Of a DNA stretch of 64,000 nt, positions 45,003-60,671 are shown piece by piece. The number at the start of each line of letters is the position of its first letter. Positions within the stretch are counted from its first letter, which is position 1. The translations under genes were made by a program, and so were the position numbers. The stretch lies in contig OX597816.1 of the NCBI GenBank assembly GCA_951406725.2, positions 155,992,001 to 156,056,000 of the forward strand, written 5' to 3'. The notes beneath the pieces were generated by a model that saw only the letters and a program-made list of their open reading frames with translations, was not told where the DNA came from and searched no databases. Origin of the DNA: Octopus vulgaris (lineage: Eukaryota).

Positions 45003-45727
45003 ATATGTATGTATATACACACGCGTATGCGTATGCATGTATGTGAGTTTTCTATTCATGCTTATGTGTATTGGGTGTTCACTCGTTGAGTATATTATGA
45101 CTGTCACTGATGGTTAGAAAATACAAAATATATTGCCAGCAATGGCTGTGAGAAATTTAAGTCAAGTCATTGACACCTTCCACAACAACTAAGTAACATT
45201 GATCAGGAATACCAAGGAGACTACAGATATGTAGATGCATTATATACAGTTTTATCTCTTGTAGACATTTGTAGCGAAAATTTATGGTTTTCTCACACCT
45301 AGTGGTGATTTAGAGGGGCTACTAGAATCCAACATGGAATTCTCAAGTTCATGCCTTAGCTGTAAACTGCGAACTACCATAAGAGATTCAAACTTCTAGA
45401 GCACTTACGAAAGGCACATACATATACTTTCCCCTTCTTTGTGTTCATATCCTAACACACATACGCACAAACACACACACAAACACACATACACACATAC
45501 ACACACAAATATATGCATATTTTTGCTTATATACATATATATGCGTATTTATGAGAGTGTGTGTGTACGTGCAAGTCTTTCAGTATCAGTATGTCATGCG
45601 TGATTGTGTATGGAAATTTGCAGATTTGCTTCCATTAGTATGCAGATATTATGAAATGCTTACGTAAATGTATTTAAATTGCATAATATTTATGCGCACA
45701 TACGCATTTCTAATCTGATATAACTGA

Positions 45728-45758
<31 letters not shown>

Positions 45759-45759
45759 C

Positions 45760-45794
<35 letters not shown>

Positions 45795-45812
45795 CATACA
45801 TACATGCCTATA

Positions 45813-45870
<58 letters not shown>

Positions 45871-46075
45871 CATATATATATGTGTGTGGGTACGTATATA
45901 CATGTGTGTGTGTGTCTGTGTATTCATGTATATTATGAGTACATGCAAGAGTGAGTACTTCTGTTATTATTTCTCCTTCTTCTTTTTCTTCTTCTTCCTC
46001 TTCCTCTTCCCTCTCCTTCTCCTCCTCCTCTTCTTCTCATTATTATCATTGTACATACACATATATTTATATACA

Positions 46076-46198
<123 letters not shown>

Positions 46199-46936
46199 CA
46201 TCTATATATGCATACACACACATATATGTATGTATATATGTTTGTATAATTGTTATGCCATGTGCCACAGTTTATGCTTGCAAACATGAACGTATATATG
46301 TATATGTATATACTGCATACAACACACATGCATATATTCATATATGCGAACATAAATTTATGCTTCCCATTTCCATTTCTTGCAAATGACAGTTATACCA
46401 ATCGACTAAAGAAATAAAAGCATCCAAGAATTGAGATGGAAACAGCAATCGATTCCCCATATATTCTTGGACTTCATAAAAATTCACTACATTATACGAC
46501 AAATTCCGACATCAAAACATTTAAGACATAATCCTGGTTACATATTTTTGCTTTGTTTTTTTCTTTGCAAATCTCTCGTGGTGTCCAAATTGCTACAAGA
46601 ATTGTATTAAAATGAATATAAATAACATAGAATATTTAAGAGAGAGAGAGGTTAGAAGTGATTTTCATGTTTGGAAGCAGTTTACAAAACATAAAATACG
46701 TGAGTGAGTGCAGTTACTTAATCCGTTTTTGTCGCTTCTGTATTACTAAAGACTTTGGTGAATTAACTGAAGTAGATTCCTCTCAGATCTCTCCAGACAG
46801 TCACCTGGTGGTATATTGAATCAGAATTTCAGCCAGCATATTTACTGATGGAATAAGTTTTGAATTAATAACTTGATATGTTAATGACCTTTTTGTTGTT
46901 GTTCATGTTGTTGCTGTTATTATTATTATTATTATG

Positions 46937-46972
<36 letters not shown>

Positions 46973-47159
46973 TATTAAAAGCAAAAATAGAAGAGTGCCA
47001 TTGTTATCAAGTGAACGATATTTCGACATCCCGTGGGTCTTCCACAGGTTCAGAAAATAAACTTGTCAATCTACTTCATTTTGGTTAATATTTATAGGAT
47101 TGAGGTAACTCCTCCAGAAGATATAGAAGCCAAAATAAAAGAGTGTCATTGTTACCAAG

Positions 47160-48186
47160 TGAACGGAGCTGGCAGAATCGTTAGCACGTCGGGCGAAATA
47201 TTTAGCGGTACTGTTGCTAGGTTCTGAGTTCAAATTCTGCCGAGGTCCACTCTTCATTTCATCCTGTCGGGGTGGATAAATTAAGTACCAGTTGAGTACT
47301 GAGTCGATGTAATCGACTATAGCCCTCCCCCAAATCTCAGGCCTTGTGCTTATAGTAGAAAGGATTATTATTACCATATAAGGCAGTGAGCTGGCAGAAT
47401 CGTTAGCACGCTGGGCGAAATGGTTAGTGGTATTTTGTCTGCCGCTACGTTCTGAGTTCAAATTCCACCGAGGTCGACTTTGCTTTCAAACTTTCGGAGT
47501 CGATCAAATAAGTACAAGTGAAATACCGTAGCCAATGTAATCGACTAGTCCCCTCCCCGCAAGTTTGAGTACTTGTATCCCCAGTAGAAAGGATTATTAT
47601 TATTGCTACATAAGGCGGCGAGCTGGCAGAATCGTTAGCAGGCTGGACGAAATGATTAGCGGCATTCTGAGTTCAAATTCCGCTGAGCTTGAATATTAGG
47701 TTTACGAGTTATAAGGGGAAAAGCTGCAAATGTAGAAGACTATTGCGCCTCGGTGATTAGCATAGAAAGAAGCAGATTGGATCACAATGAACACCCTATG
47801 ATAATTCCTGTATAAATATCTCATCATAACGGTGAAGTACATACGAGGAACATACTACTGAGACGGGTACGTCAGTCTTCAGTTTTACATACTGTCAAAA
47901 TCGATATCAGATCAGGTAGCAAACACTTATGAAATCAGGATGACAATAGCTTTACTCACGATTTTATATTCATTTCAAATTCTGGCATAAGGCCAGAAAC
48001 TTAGCAGGAAGGACTGAGTCAACTAAATCGGACCCAGTGCCCAACTGGTACTTAATTTATCGAACCCAAAAGGATCAAACGCAAAGTTGACCTATGTGGA
48101 ATTTGAACTCAGAATGTAAAGACGGACGAAATGCCGCGAAGAATTTGGCCCGGTATGCTAACGATTTTGTCGGTTCGCCGTCTTAA
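47160..48186. mobile_element. SINE family A cluster (three + copies at 47160-47690, one - copy at 47975-48186)
   Basis: Repeated GAGCTGGCAGAATCGTTAGCA heads and an inverted copy ~300 bp downstream. Confidence 0.88.
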
Positions 48187-48814
48187 ACACACAATATTAT
48201 ATTAATAGCTGGGTGAAAAAAGTCGGAATTAATGAGAATAAAATGCTGGTTATCTCATCAGCCTGTCACCTCAGTGTGCTGACCGATTACATTAATATAA
48301 TTAGATGTCTGAAGAGTAAGAATAAACAGAAACAACAGGTAAGTGATATTGTGTATGGCACTAATGGTATGTGATTATTACTGATGTTAATCGTATTTAT
48401 GCAATGTAAACAGATTACTAAATAAGATGGACTGAATATGCGAGATTGAGGTAAGATGCGTATAACATTATACAAACATTCATAAAGAACATGATTTTCT
48501 ATGTGATGAACATAGCAGTTTTGAACTCGAGAGTGTATAAGAGAGAAAGAGAGAGAGAGAGAAGGAGAAAGGGAGGGAGAGAGAGTGGCAGAGAGAAGAA
48601 AATGAAGTAACAAAAATATAAATTTAGGAGGTCAGAAAGCGAGGGGGACCATGAGCAATGAAACACAGTGGTAGCAGTAAGAGGATACCTAAACAGATAT
48701 ATGAATAGACTGTTTGATGAGATGTACGAAGAGATAATATTAAGGAGGAAAAAGAGAAGAAAAACTGAAAAACAAGTAAAGAGAGAGATCGATTAATTCG
48801 CAGATATATACACA

Positions 48815-49590
48815 CGAAGAAGTACCTCCTTTGCACCACATAGGCTCAACTCTCCTTCCTTCTTCATCTAATTCTCCTCCTCTCTCCTGTCTTCATCGCA
48901 CACCTACTTCCTCCCACCCACCTCTCATCTCTTGCTCTGGAAATCTACTTCCTCTCTTCACACCTACCCACCTACTCCTTTCCACCCTCTCCCTTTATTG
49001 TCACCCTTCCTACGTTACCCTACCCCTACACATTCTAACCTCACCATCCCTATACTTGCCATCCCAACCACATCCCATCATTAGACCCCACCCTTGCTTC
49101 CCCGACTCTCGCTCCCCACACCCCAACACCACTACACTACACCACCACATCACACACCACCACACCGCCACACCTCATACCACCATACGACACCACACCA
49201 CATCACCCCGCACACACTAGCACTGACCAATTCCCAGAACCCACACCATCATCCATACACCTACACATGCACACACGCACATGTCAATGTCACCAGCCCC
49301 CTTCAATACACATACGCACGCGCACCTTCGTTTTCGGATCACCACTACATTATAATCTTCCCTTCTTCCTATCTTTCCTGTGTGACCCCTCTGTCCGGTA
49401 TTCACCATGATAGATCGCTAGCCATTAAACATTTTTCTATTTTCTCTCCATGTTTATCTTTGTGTTTCTCTCTGTCGAAGAGTGTAGGCTCCAAACGTAA
49501 AAAAAAACTTTCTCACTTTCCGAACGTTAAATGAATACATCTGTTTGTTGCTTACACACCTGTCTTCGTCTGTTTATTTGTTAATCCTCA
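48815..49590 (+). mobile_element. PLE 3' remnant with a long C-rich 3' region and decayed hammerhead
   Basis: Starts with FAPHRLNS (compare the PLE GIY-YIG end 'PxGLN'). A C/A-rich tract follows, then CTGTCGAAGAGTGTAGGCTCCAAACGTA (49472-49499), related to 3766-3792. Ends in (TA)n. Confidence 0.55.
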
Positions 49591-49683
49591 ATATATATGT
49601 ACGTATATATATATATATATATACATACATATATATATAATACATATATATTGAGAATTTACAAAAAGAAACGACGAAGACAG

Positions 49684-49735
<52 letters not shown>

Positions 49736-49807
49736 GCACACAAAGAGAGAGAAGACACACACACACACACATATAAATATATGTACATATATTCATGCAT
49801 ACATTTG

Positions 49808-49840
<33 letters not shown>

Positions 49841-50063
49841 ATAGAGGTATAAGTAACAATTTGTATTTATGTAATATCAGGAACAATATGTCTCGCATAT
49901 ATTCAATGAATTCTTTTCACGCAAAACTTTTTTAGCTGAGAAATCAAGATGTATGATAAAATATATGCATTCGAAATGACAATATAATTACTTACGATGA
50001 ACTGAAACGGAAGGGTATTCGAAGATAGAAACATTATGATTTATATTAAAATACTTATAATAC

Positions 50064-50608
<545 letters not shown>

Positions 50609-50609
<1 letters not shown>

Positions 50610-51326
50610 TGCGCATTACTCAATATGCTCACTAAAGGGCATCATTCTGTATTCTGGGAACGCAATCTGTTGTCGATGCAGAGTGCATCTGCGGCTGAGC
50701 AATGCACTCTGCATCGACAACAACATGCATTCTCAAAATACAGAATGATACCTTTTAGTGAACATATTGAGAAATACGCAAAGCAACTACTACCACAATT
50801 TATAATCTTTCCATTCTATCAATGTGCTATTGGAACACCAACACAAGTTAGATTAAACAAGGAAACATTCTTCATTGAAAAATATAAGCCAAAACTTAAC
50901 CATTTCTAACATTTTTAAACAAGGAAACTAATCTCATTGAAAAAAATATAAAGCAAAACCTAACCACATTATATTCCTTCTAAACTAAATAATGTTTATT
51001 TAGTCATACCTAACATGTTTGATTATCTCCCTTATACCGGAAAAAATCCCTGATTACCTTCCTCTGTCTGGAACCCCATATTTAACTACATAGCGAAGAC
51101 ATGAAACGATGTAAGTAAAGAAATTTGAGAAATTTGATAAGAAAATACGAAACCGGTTATTTCTGCAAAAACTATGTTACTATACACAAACTTTTATAAC
51201 ATTTTTCTAACATAACGACTCAAAAATATTCTTTAAACTTATAAAACAAGCCTTCTGTAGTTTATTCACTCTTTTTTATTTTTTATACATCCAAACACGT
51301 GCTTTCACTCACCAACTCCCTCACCA

Positions 51327-51328
<2 letters not shown>
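50609..51328 (+). mobile_element. PLE remnant with an inverted 5' end (related to 8520-9320)
   Basis: CTLHRQQ...SEHIEK...FPFYQC...RLNKETFFIEKYKPKLN is a GIY-YIG C-terminus. 50609-50688 is inverted relative to 50702-50782, with a 21-bp perfect core. GAAAC-CG-GTT at 51149. Ends in (TA)n. Confidence 0.85.
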
Positions 51329-51377
<49 letters not shown>

Positions 51378-51962
51378 GAAAGAAATGGGTCAACAATTAA
51401 CAATTAGAAGTTCCGGTGGCTGGTCTGCTTCTTTTTATATATGTATGTATATGTTTGTGTGTCTGTATTTGTACCCCACCATCGCTTGACACCTGATGTT
51501 GGTGTGTTTACGTCCCTGTAACTTAGTGGTTCGGTAAAAGAGACAGATTGAATAGGTCCTGTGGTTGATTTGTTCAATTGGGGGTGGTGCTCCGGCATGG
51601 CTGCAGTCAACTGACTGAAGCAGTAAAAGAATAAAAGAATACATATATATATATCAAACTGTTTTAAATAATATATGTAACTCCATTAAATGGTTATAGC
51701 TTAATCATAGTTAAAATAACATTTTATCTATAACATTTAAAATATAATTAAACAATGACCATTTAATACCAATGATCAACTTCTAATTGTTAATTATTTG
51801 CTCAATTTCCTTTCTTTTCTGAATATATTAAACCACGATTTACCATTTAAATTACCAACTACTGTTAACCTCATAGTAAGGCCTATACATAATTAGTTAA
51901 TGAACCAGTAGTGCTTACGGATACAGTTATCCTTTAGACGGTTGCCTAATCTCTAACTCATA

Positions 51963-52097
<135 letters not shown>

Positions 52098-52264
52098 CAT
52101 ATATATGTTTGTATACTTATGTATCTTTATATACATACACATACGGAGACAAACACACACGCACACACATATATGTATATGAATATGTAAGGTTGTATAT
52201 GTATGTAATTCAGAGGAAAAGTGTAATCAAGAGACGGGGGCTTTAGAACAATGGAGAGTGAGAT

Positions 52265-52299
<35 letters not shown>

Positions 52300-53132
52300 A
52301 AGAAGAAAAGGAGGGAGATAGAGGAAGAACAAAAAGGGAGAGAGAGAGAGGGAGAATTTTGACGATGTGTATTACTGAATTTATTGTTATGCAGTGGCAG
52401 ATGATACTATCAAGATGGTGGAAGGCAGTGGTTACTGTAACATGTGGTGAAAAACAAAAGACCAGTAATTTATCAGTTTGCGATATCATTGTATGCAGAA
52501 CGCATGTTATTAAACAGGTTCTTGATATGGAACTGATATATTGGAATGAGTCCAACCTCGAAGAGCAAGCCAGATAAAAACAGTAGAGAAGCAATACGCA
52601 ATATCACCATCAATAACATTACTATCATCACCGCTGCCACCACCACTATCACTATCACTATCACCTACAGCAACAACAACAGCAATACCAAAAACAGCAA
52701 ATGTAATATAACGGAGCGTTATAGGATATAAGACTATAATTTCGAAAATTTCAGGGTCAGCAACTGAAACAAATATCGGAGAGATATGTAATAACATGAC
52801 AAACTGTGTTAACCTTTTAGGAATTTGAATGTATGTTCTTGAGAAAGCCAGCAGTTGAGAAGATTAAAATTGACCAGCACGAGAAAGAAATATGCTTCAC
52901 AGACCTTGTTTATAAGCATGATACTAAACTAACTCATGTTATGAATATATATATATATATGTGTGTATGTATGTATGTATGTATGTATGTATCTACGTAT
53001 GTATGCATGTATGCATGTATGTATGTATGTATGCTAAGCTGTAAAACTGCAGTTTACGCTAGTTGGTTGGTGTATACTCAAAATGTTGAGCTTTCCCGTT
53101 GCGAAATTTCTCCCCCAACATTTCAGAGTGTT

Positions 53133-54002
53133 AAGCGGTGAGCTGGCTGAAACTTTAGCACGACGGGCGAAATGCGGAGCTGTATTTCGTCTGCCGTTAC
53201 ATTCTGAGTTCAAATTCCGCCGAGGTCGACTTTGCCTTTCATCCTTTCGGGGTCGATAAATTAAGTACCAGTTACACACTGGGGTCGATATGATCGACTT
53301 AATCCGTCTGTCTGTCCTTGTCTGTATCCTCTGTGTTTAGTCCCTTGTGGGTGGTAAAGAAATAGGTAGTTCGTCTGCCGTTACGTTCTGAGTTCAAATT
53401 CCACCGAGGTCGACTTTCCCTTTCATCCTTTCGGAGTCTATTAAATAAGTACCAGTTACGCACTGGGATCGATATAATCGACTTAATCCGTTTGTCTGTC
53501 CTTGTTTGTCCTCTCTGTGTTTAGCCCCTTGTGGGTAGTAAAGAAATAGGCATTTCGTCTGTTTTTATGTTCTGAGTTCAAATTCCGCCGACGTCGACTT
53601 TGCGTTAAATTAAGTTGCGTACTGAGGTCGATCTAATTAACTGCCCCTCACTTCCCCCACAAAATTTCAGTTCAAATTCTGCTGAAGTCGACTTTGCCTT
53701 TCATCCTTTCGGGGTCGATAAATTAAGTGCCAGTTGCGTACGGAGATCGATCCGATCGACTGGTCCCCTCCCCAGGAATTTCGGGCCTTGCGCCTAGAGT
53801 AGAAAAGGAACGTTAGCATGCCGGGTGAAATGCTAAGTGACATTTCATCCGTCTTTACGCTCAGAGTTCAAATTCCGCTGAAGTTGACTTTGCCTTTCAT
53901 TCCTTCGTGGTCGATAAAATAAGCACCAGATGGGCACCTGAGGTCGATATAATCGACTTCACCCCGCCTCCGAAATTGCTGGCCTTGTGCCAAAATTTGA
54001 GA
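53133..54002 (+). mobile_element. Tandem array of about five SINE family A units
   Basis: AGTTCAAATTC...GACTTT occurs at ~53205, 53390, 53573, 53668 and 53864. Confidence 0.9.
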
Positions 54003-55819
54003 GCAGTTTTTTTTTTCTAGAGAGGAAAGTCGGTTGCGTGGCACACTCAGCATGTGGTACTGAATATTTTATATTTAGTTTTGTTTTCAAATGTTCTCTG
54101 TTCAAATCCCTCAAAAGGTGACTTCATATATTTATTTAAATTCTATTGTATATCCCACGTGATTACCAATTGCGTCGTTGGTTGCTGGTTCCCAACTTAG
54201 TAATCATTGGTCCTCTATAAATGGCAATGCACTGTAGTGACGAGGGAGTGTCTGTAACTCAATACAAAACATATCTCAACAGGGTTCTTGTTTATAGAGC
54301 ATCGATTTTTACTTCTGCCGATGATTTTACATCGGCAAATGTTATAATCAAACACAAGTGAAAAGGGTACTGCAGCATGACCTACGTAATGATAACAAAA
54401 ACAAATGAAAGAACACACACCTGCTCACACATACATGCACACCCATAGACATACACGTAGACGCACACATGTGCACACACACCTAACTTCTAGTTAAAAT
54501 ATATTTTATAATAAATTTCACCGTACATTTAATACTGTCACCTTCTGTCAGTAAATTTTCAGTTGGAATGTTAAAGCCCAAAAGAATGGTGGCGTCTTTA
54601 TTTGCTACTACTTTGGCAGGCTTATGTTCCCACCAGTTTTGCTATGGGAGTCCTGACTTACTGACCAAGTCTATCATGGCGATTATTATATTCATTTTGA
54701 GAGTAACAGAAGACATTCACATAAGGAGCGGTCAGCTGTTTCTCTGGTTGAACCAGGAAATACAATAATCTGTATTTTATGCCTATGCATCGAAGTGTAT
54801 TAGTAATCACAAGCTGTTTTCAATGTTTTTTTTTTATGACAGGTCATTGCAAGATGAATTCACAATAAGAAACCACATCTGGACATCTAAATCGATTCCG
54901 CGGCAATGGAACATATCGTCGAGAATATGCTGCAATTTACAATTTAAAGTAAAATATAATTTGGAAATATTATAATAAACTCATTTATTTTCGTAATTTT
55001 CAATTTTGAATAATATAAATATTTATAATTTATGAACTGATAATTGATTTCTTTCTATCTCAGTTTTTTTTACCAAATATTTATTAGAAATTAAAATATA
55101 ATCAAACTGTAAAATCAGCTGTTTTTTTTTTTTGCTGGAAAAATCAAAGGTGTAGATATAGATTTCTAATTAATGAATGGACCACAACAATTTGAAGAGT
55201 AGTTCTACGATTTTATTGACCGTTGATGCCTGAATATTGAATATAAAAGGCAACAGAAACTCAGCTAGAGATGAACTCATTGAAATCAGAATGCAAATGA
55301 GCTAGAAAAATCAATGTAAAGCATTTGCACTTCTTGTACTTAGTCTAACATCCACTGTTCTCAGAGGGGTATAAAGCTTTTGTAACTCAGACACGAAGCG
55401 GCGAATTCTGGGGTAGGAGAGTAGTCGATAGTATTGTCATTGTTACTTGAGAAAATAGATCCTAATGGAATTTTAAATCCAGAATGTCCCTTTACGTGGC
55501 TCTACTACCGATCACTGTAAATGATTGCCCGTTTGTAAAGTGGACAAACTGACAGAATCATTAGTTCATGAGACAATATCCCCATTGGTATTTCCTCTGT
55601 TTTTTTAAAGTTTTGCGCTCGAATATCACTGAAATAAATTTGCTGCTCATCCTTGCGGGAGTTGGTAAAATACTGGATCAGTCAAGTACTAAGATCGATG
55701 TAATCAACAATCACCTTTCCCTAAAATTGCTAGCTTTGTCAAAATTTCAGAGAATTATTTCTGGTTTAAACTCGTTCATGCTAATTATTTTGCTAATGTG
55801 CTTGAGCAATGAAGTTACA

Positions 55820-55884
55820 TTAGGGCCGACCAAAGCATTGTGAGTGGATTTGGTAGATGGAAACTGAAAGAAGCCCGTCATATG

Positions 55885-55949
<65 letters not shown>

Positions 55950-56195
55950 ATGTGTGTGTGTATGTGTGTGTGTGTGTGTGTGTTTGTGTGTCTGTGTTTG
56001 TCCCCACAACATCGCTTGACAACCGATGCTGGTGTGTTTACGTCCCCGTAACTTAGCGGTTCGGCAAAAGTGACCGATAGAATAAGTACTAGGCTTACAA
56101 AGAATAAGTCCTGGGGTCGATTTGCTCGAATAAAAGCGGTGCTCTAGCATGGCCACAGTCAACTGACTGAAACAAGTACAAGAGTACAAGAGTAC
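55820..56195 (+). mobile_element. SINE family B (5'-truncated)
   Basis: Matches 62938-63395 and carries the internal (TA)(TG) tract. Confidence 0.88.
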
Positions 56196-57674
56196 TCTGT
56201 TAACTAAAATTTTTGCCTAAATAGGAAAATGCCGACGCCTTAAAAAATTGGCAGTACTGGCAGAGTAACATATCCATTTATTTAGTTTTATGATATATTA
56301 GTTACTTCGGTAAAATCGGATCTTGTTAATTTTCCGAAAGTCCCCTCCCCACCCCCAGGGTCATCAGCACGCATTTTTTTCTTCATATTCGTTTTCTACA
56401 TATATGTTAACACCCACCAGGCTGGTTTATTATTGTTTTTGTTCCCGGGTGAAGATCTTTATATTGACCAATCTCACGATTGTCAACTTTGTCTTTCGGT
56501 CGATAAAAAAAAGTACCCGTGAAGGGTTGAGGTCACTCTTATCAACTAAACCCTTCCTCCCAAAGTTTCTAGACTTGTGTCAAAATACAGACGGGATCGA
56601 TTTTCCTTTCCAATTATTCTAGTGTTTTGTAGAATATGTACTAGAATTGATATATTCGACTGTTTGCTATCTCAAAACTTAGAAATCAATATTTACTACC
56701 TGCGCAAAAGTTAGAAATCAATACGTACTACACATAACTATTTACTCAACATGAGGTGGCACTGAAATAGCAAATGCATTGAACCAATACCATATGTCAC
56801 GTAATTAACTATTGAAATCGCAATGATCTGTTAATTGGCGCGACAATCTACGAATTGCTCACTGCCTTGCACGGTAATTAATGGCCTTTATATTATAAGG
56901 CAAGTTTATTAGACAAACGAGAGCTGTTTGAATATCGCTTATTGACGCTAAAACAGCTAATGGATAAACATCGAAGTTGGTAAATAGTTAAATAGTTTTC
57001 CGCCCATAAGGTTGGTGTTATCAGTTCAGCTTATTCATTATTTTATATGTCTTGACATTTAAATTAAGAAAATTATATCTAGTACATAATAACAGTAAGT
57101 TACAATAGTAATTCGTGCCTAGAATTTATCAAGATTTAACAAATGTGAACACATTGTCTATATTTTTTTATGCATGGCTTTGATTGAACGTGCCTGTGCG
57201 TATGTTTCTTTTCGTTCCGAAACAAAAAATTTTCAGACTCACAATTATTTGTTTAATTTCATTCGCTAATTAATCAGTAATACATATACTTACATGCATA
57301 CATATTGAAATGAAACATAATGATGACATCCATACATACAAACATACATAGACATAAAGATATGTGTAAACACGCACGCGCACTCCCCACGCACGGACAC
57401 GATGCGTGAGTGTGCATATATATGTGTGTCTGCGTATTTCTATATGTGCGCGTATTCTAATACACATGTGTGCAAGTAACACTTAGTGCGTGAGTGCGTA
57501 TATATACACACACACAAATACACACATACACATATATGTATGTATAGAGTGCTTGAAGTGGTATACAGGTATTGTATATTGAGAAAAAGGAGGCAGTGAG
57601 AGTATGTACATACATATACATACATGCAATCATATATATATATATATTTATATATATATGCATATGTGTGTGTG

Positions 57675-57719
<45 letters not shown>

Positions 57720-57777
57720 GTATAGAGTGTTTGAAGTTGTGTACAGATATTGTATATTGAAAAAAAGGAGGCAATCA

Positions 57778-57837
<60 letters not shown>

Positions 57838-58794
57838 GTTTTTTATTGGTATCGATCTTGAAAAAGTTCATGTCGACACTTGGAATACCATTCATTTAAC
57901 GAGGCTAGCTCGTAAGTATTGAATTTCAAGCATAATATGTAAGTAAGATGCTGGCAAACGAAACTTTTAGCTGATAGGCAATATCTCTGACTAATCCTTT
58001 GTTAACTGTCCATAAAATATTAACAAAAAGAACAAAAGCCAAATAATAAATTGAAGAAAGATGCACTTCTTATATTTTAAATGTCCATTCATAATGACTA
58101 TCGAGTAATTTTATTGCATCTTCAGTTTTGTTTTGTGTTTTTATTGAGTGAAGCCGTTCACTGTTAAGCCATAAATCAATTATGGCTTCAAGAACCGTAA
58201 TGTTTTAGATAACATTTCAATCGAAATAAACTTATGGTTGTGTTGCTGTGTTTAGAGACGATTTAGAATCAGCCAGAATGAATTGACCAGCGAAGTATAT
58301 TTCTAAGTAGTCGACATCCTTACTAGAAAAAGCAGCCATTTATTATTAGATCACACGCTACTGTTTGGTAATAAAAGAAAGTTCGTGTTGGATAATGTAG
58401 GCTTTGATAAAGAGAAATATTGAGTGGGTGGACAAGGTTGAAATGTTTGTGTATATCATTTTGCTTATTCAGGTTTGTTTTCGTACTATATAAAATAACA
58501 AAATAAGAGCATTGATCACTTTATTTCATAGTGCATCAAGTATTTCATTGTTTTAATGATCGAGCCTGCTTTTAAACAGTTGTAAGTGATTCGAAGAATA
58601 GTTGACTACTATGTCTGAAGTAGAATGGTCATGTTAACACTGGCTTATTTGCTAATGACCATACGGCGTTTCGACTGGCAAACTTAATACGCCAAGCAAC
58701 TGAGTTGAGAATTTCCTTTATCTCTTGGTAGTAGAGTGTTATTTGAAGGAATTTTAGCTGCAAATTCAAAGGATGAGTTATCCATCAGAAGTTG

Positions 58795-58851
<57 letters not shown>

Positions 58852-59109
58852 GCTCTCTCTCCTCTCATCCTAATTTGGCTCAGTTATTATCCTAGAGAAT
58901 TTAATAATTTAATCATAATAAAGCGGGTTTATCAGTAAAGTAATGCGAGTCATTTTATACTACGTAAACAAATTTATATTGGAAAAATATTAAGTATATA
59001 TCTCTGATGATTTCTCGTATGATCATTGTTTTTGCTTGCTGGAAGTGGGGGAAGCGGCGGGGGTGGGGCATAGCTGTTGCAACCCTCCGGGAGCTGAGAA
59101 ATTCTAACT

Positions 59110-59380
59110 GTTAATGGTTCCCTTGCCTATTTGCAACATTTACGGGAAAGATATGAGCAGGGAGAGAATTCCAGAGAGACAACGATCCATTTACGGAGAA
59201 TTGGAGTAATTGATTACTGTGACTGGAAATAGCAAATGTCATAACAGAAGAAGAGATACGTGAGTCAAGTAAGTCTGAAGGGAGATGGCATGGGCCAATA
59301 CAGTCCCTTGAAGCAGAGGCCATTAAATTTGTGATAGAAAACTCAGAGAAAATAGTATATCTGAAAGCCAAAGGCGGGAA
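59110..59380 (-). mobile_element. Old L2/CR1-group LINE 3' remnant
   Basis: ...LLQFSVNGSLSLWNSLPAHIFPVNV. The LWNSLP motif is typical of ORF2 ends in this group. Confidence 0.5.
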
Positions 59381-60255
59381 CGAACGTGTTACTGAGTTAC
59401 TTCAACCAACCAGTCAACTGACCAGCTTTTGGATGCCGTCTAGCATGCCTCGGTTACTGCAGGTGCATCATATCGGATGTGAAAGTAATACTTTATTATA
59501 AGCATCTCCTGAGCTATATAACGTGTCGATAATTGATTGTAGCTGGCGTATATACTCTGGTGGTATATAACTGACGGTATACCTATTAACTTAATACCAG
59601 TGATGCTTTCATCAACGGAGCTATAGCAAACCTCTAATCAACGTAATTACGATGGATATCTCAACCAACATATTTACAATGATACACGCAACGGTATATA
59701 CATAATCCTATACACTTTAACACAACTATTGCGATATGCTCGTAAACATAATTACTGAGATATCCTAATTAACATGTTCACAGCAATAACCATATGAACA
59801 GATTCACAATCCTTATCAATATTCTCACAACCATCTTCCCGTTTCTCATCTACTTCATCCGCCCTGGCTCCAGTACCGTATTATCATTATAATGATCAAT
59901 GCTTCAATAACAGAAGCGTTAGTAGTAATTCTTTTTTGTTTTACTGTTTTTTTTTTTTTTCTATTCGACATTTTACAAACACGTTTGTTCAGAGCCAGAA
60001 CAATAAAGAATTCCATGTATGCAAAAGAAACTGGAAATTTATAGCTATAAAGGTAGCGAAACTTTATGAATATTTTTCCTCTTTATCTTCTGAGGCGCTT
60101 CTGACATTAATGGGAGAAACCTTGCATCGTTCCTTTCACTCACTCGCACTACATATAATAACGGAACAGCCATTTTTCATCTTGCTTTTAGTGCCATTAA
60201 TATCCGTTATGTTTCATTGATTCACAACTACACCTGAGCGAAAACGACAACACCA

Positions 60256-60310
<55 letters not shown>

Positions 60311-60421
60311 TCACCACCACCAACAGCAACAACAACCACAAAAATAATAATAATAACAATAATAATAATAATAATAATAGTAATAATAATAATAATAATA
60401 GTAATAATAATAGTAGTAGTA

Positions 60422-60479
<58 letters not shown>

Positions 60480-60480
60480 T

Positions 60481-60570
60481 ATATTGTTCACGGACAAACA
60501 AATAAGCAAACAAGCAAACAAACAAACACGACTGAAAACAATACCTCTGCCTTCGCTAAGACGGCGGTAA
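60481..60570 (-). mobile_element. 5' fragment of the Helentron-type element
   Basis: Reverse complement TTACCGCCGTCTTAGCGAAGGCAGAGGTATTGTTTTCAGTCGTG matches 3861-3905 and is followed by (GTTT)n. Confidence 0.72.
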
Positions 60571-60671
60571 TAGGGATGGTGATGATGATGATGATGATGA
60601 TGATGATGACGACGACGACGACGACGACGACGATGATGATGATGATGATGATGATGATGATAATAATATGT

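Noticed and set aside
48831-49534. Pro/His/Thr-rich ORFs
   Set aside because: Low-complexity C/A-rich 3' region of a retroelement remnant, with no splice or domain support.
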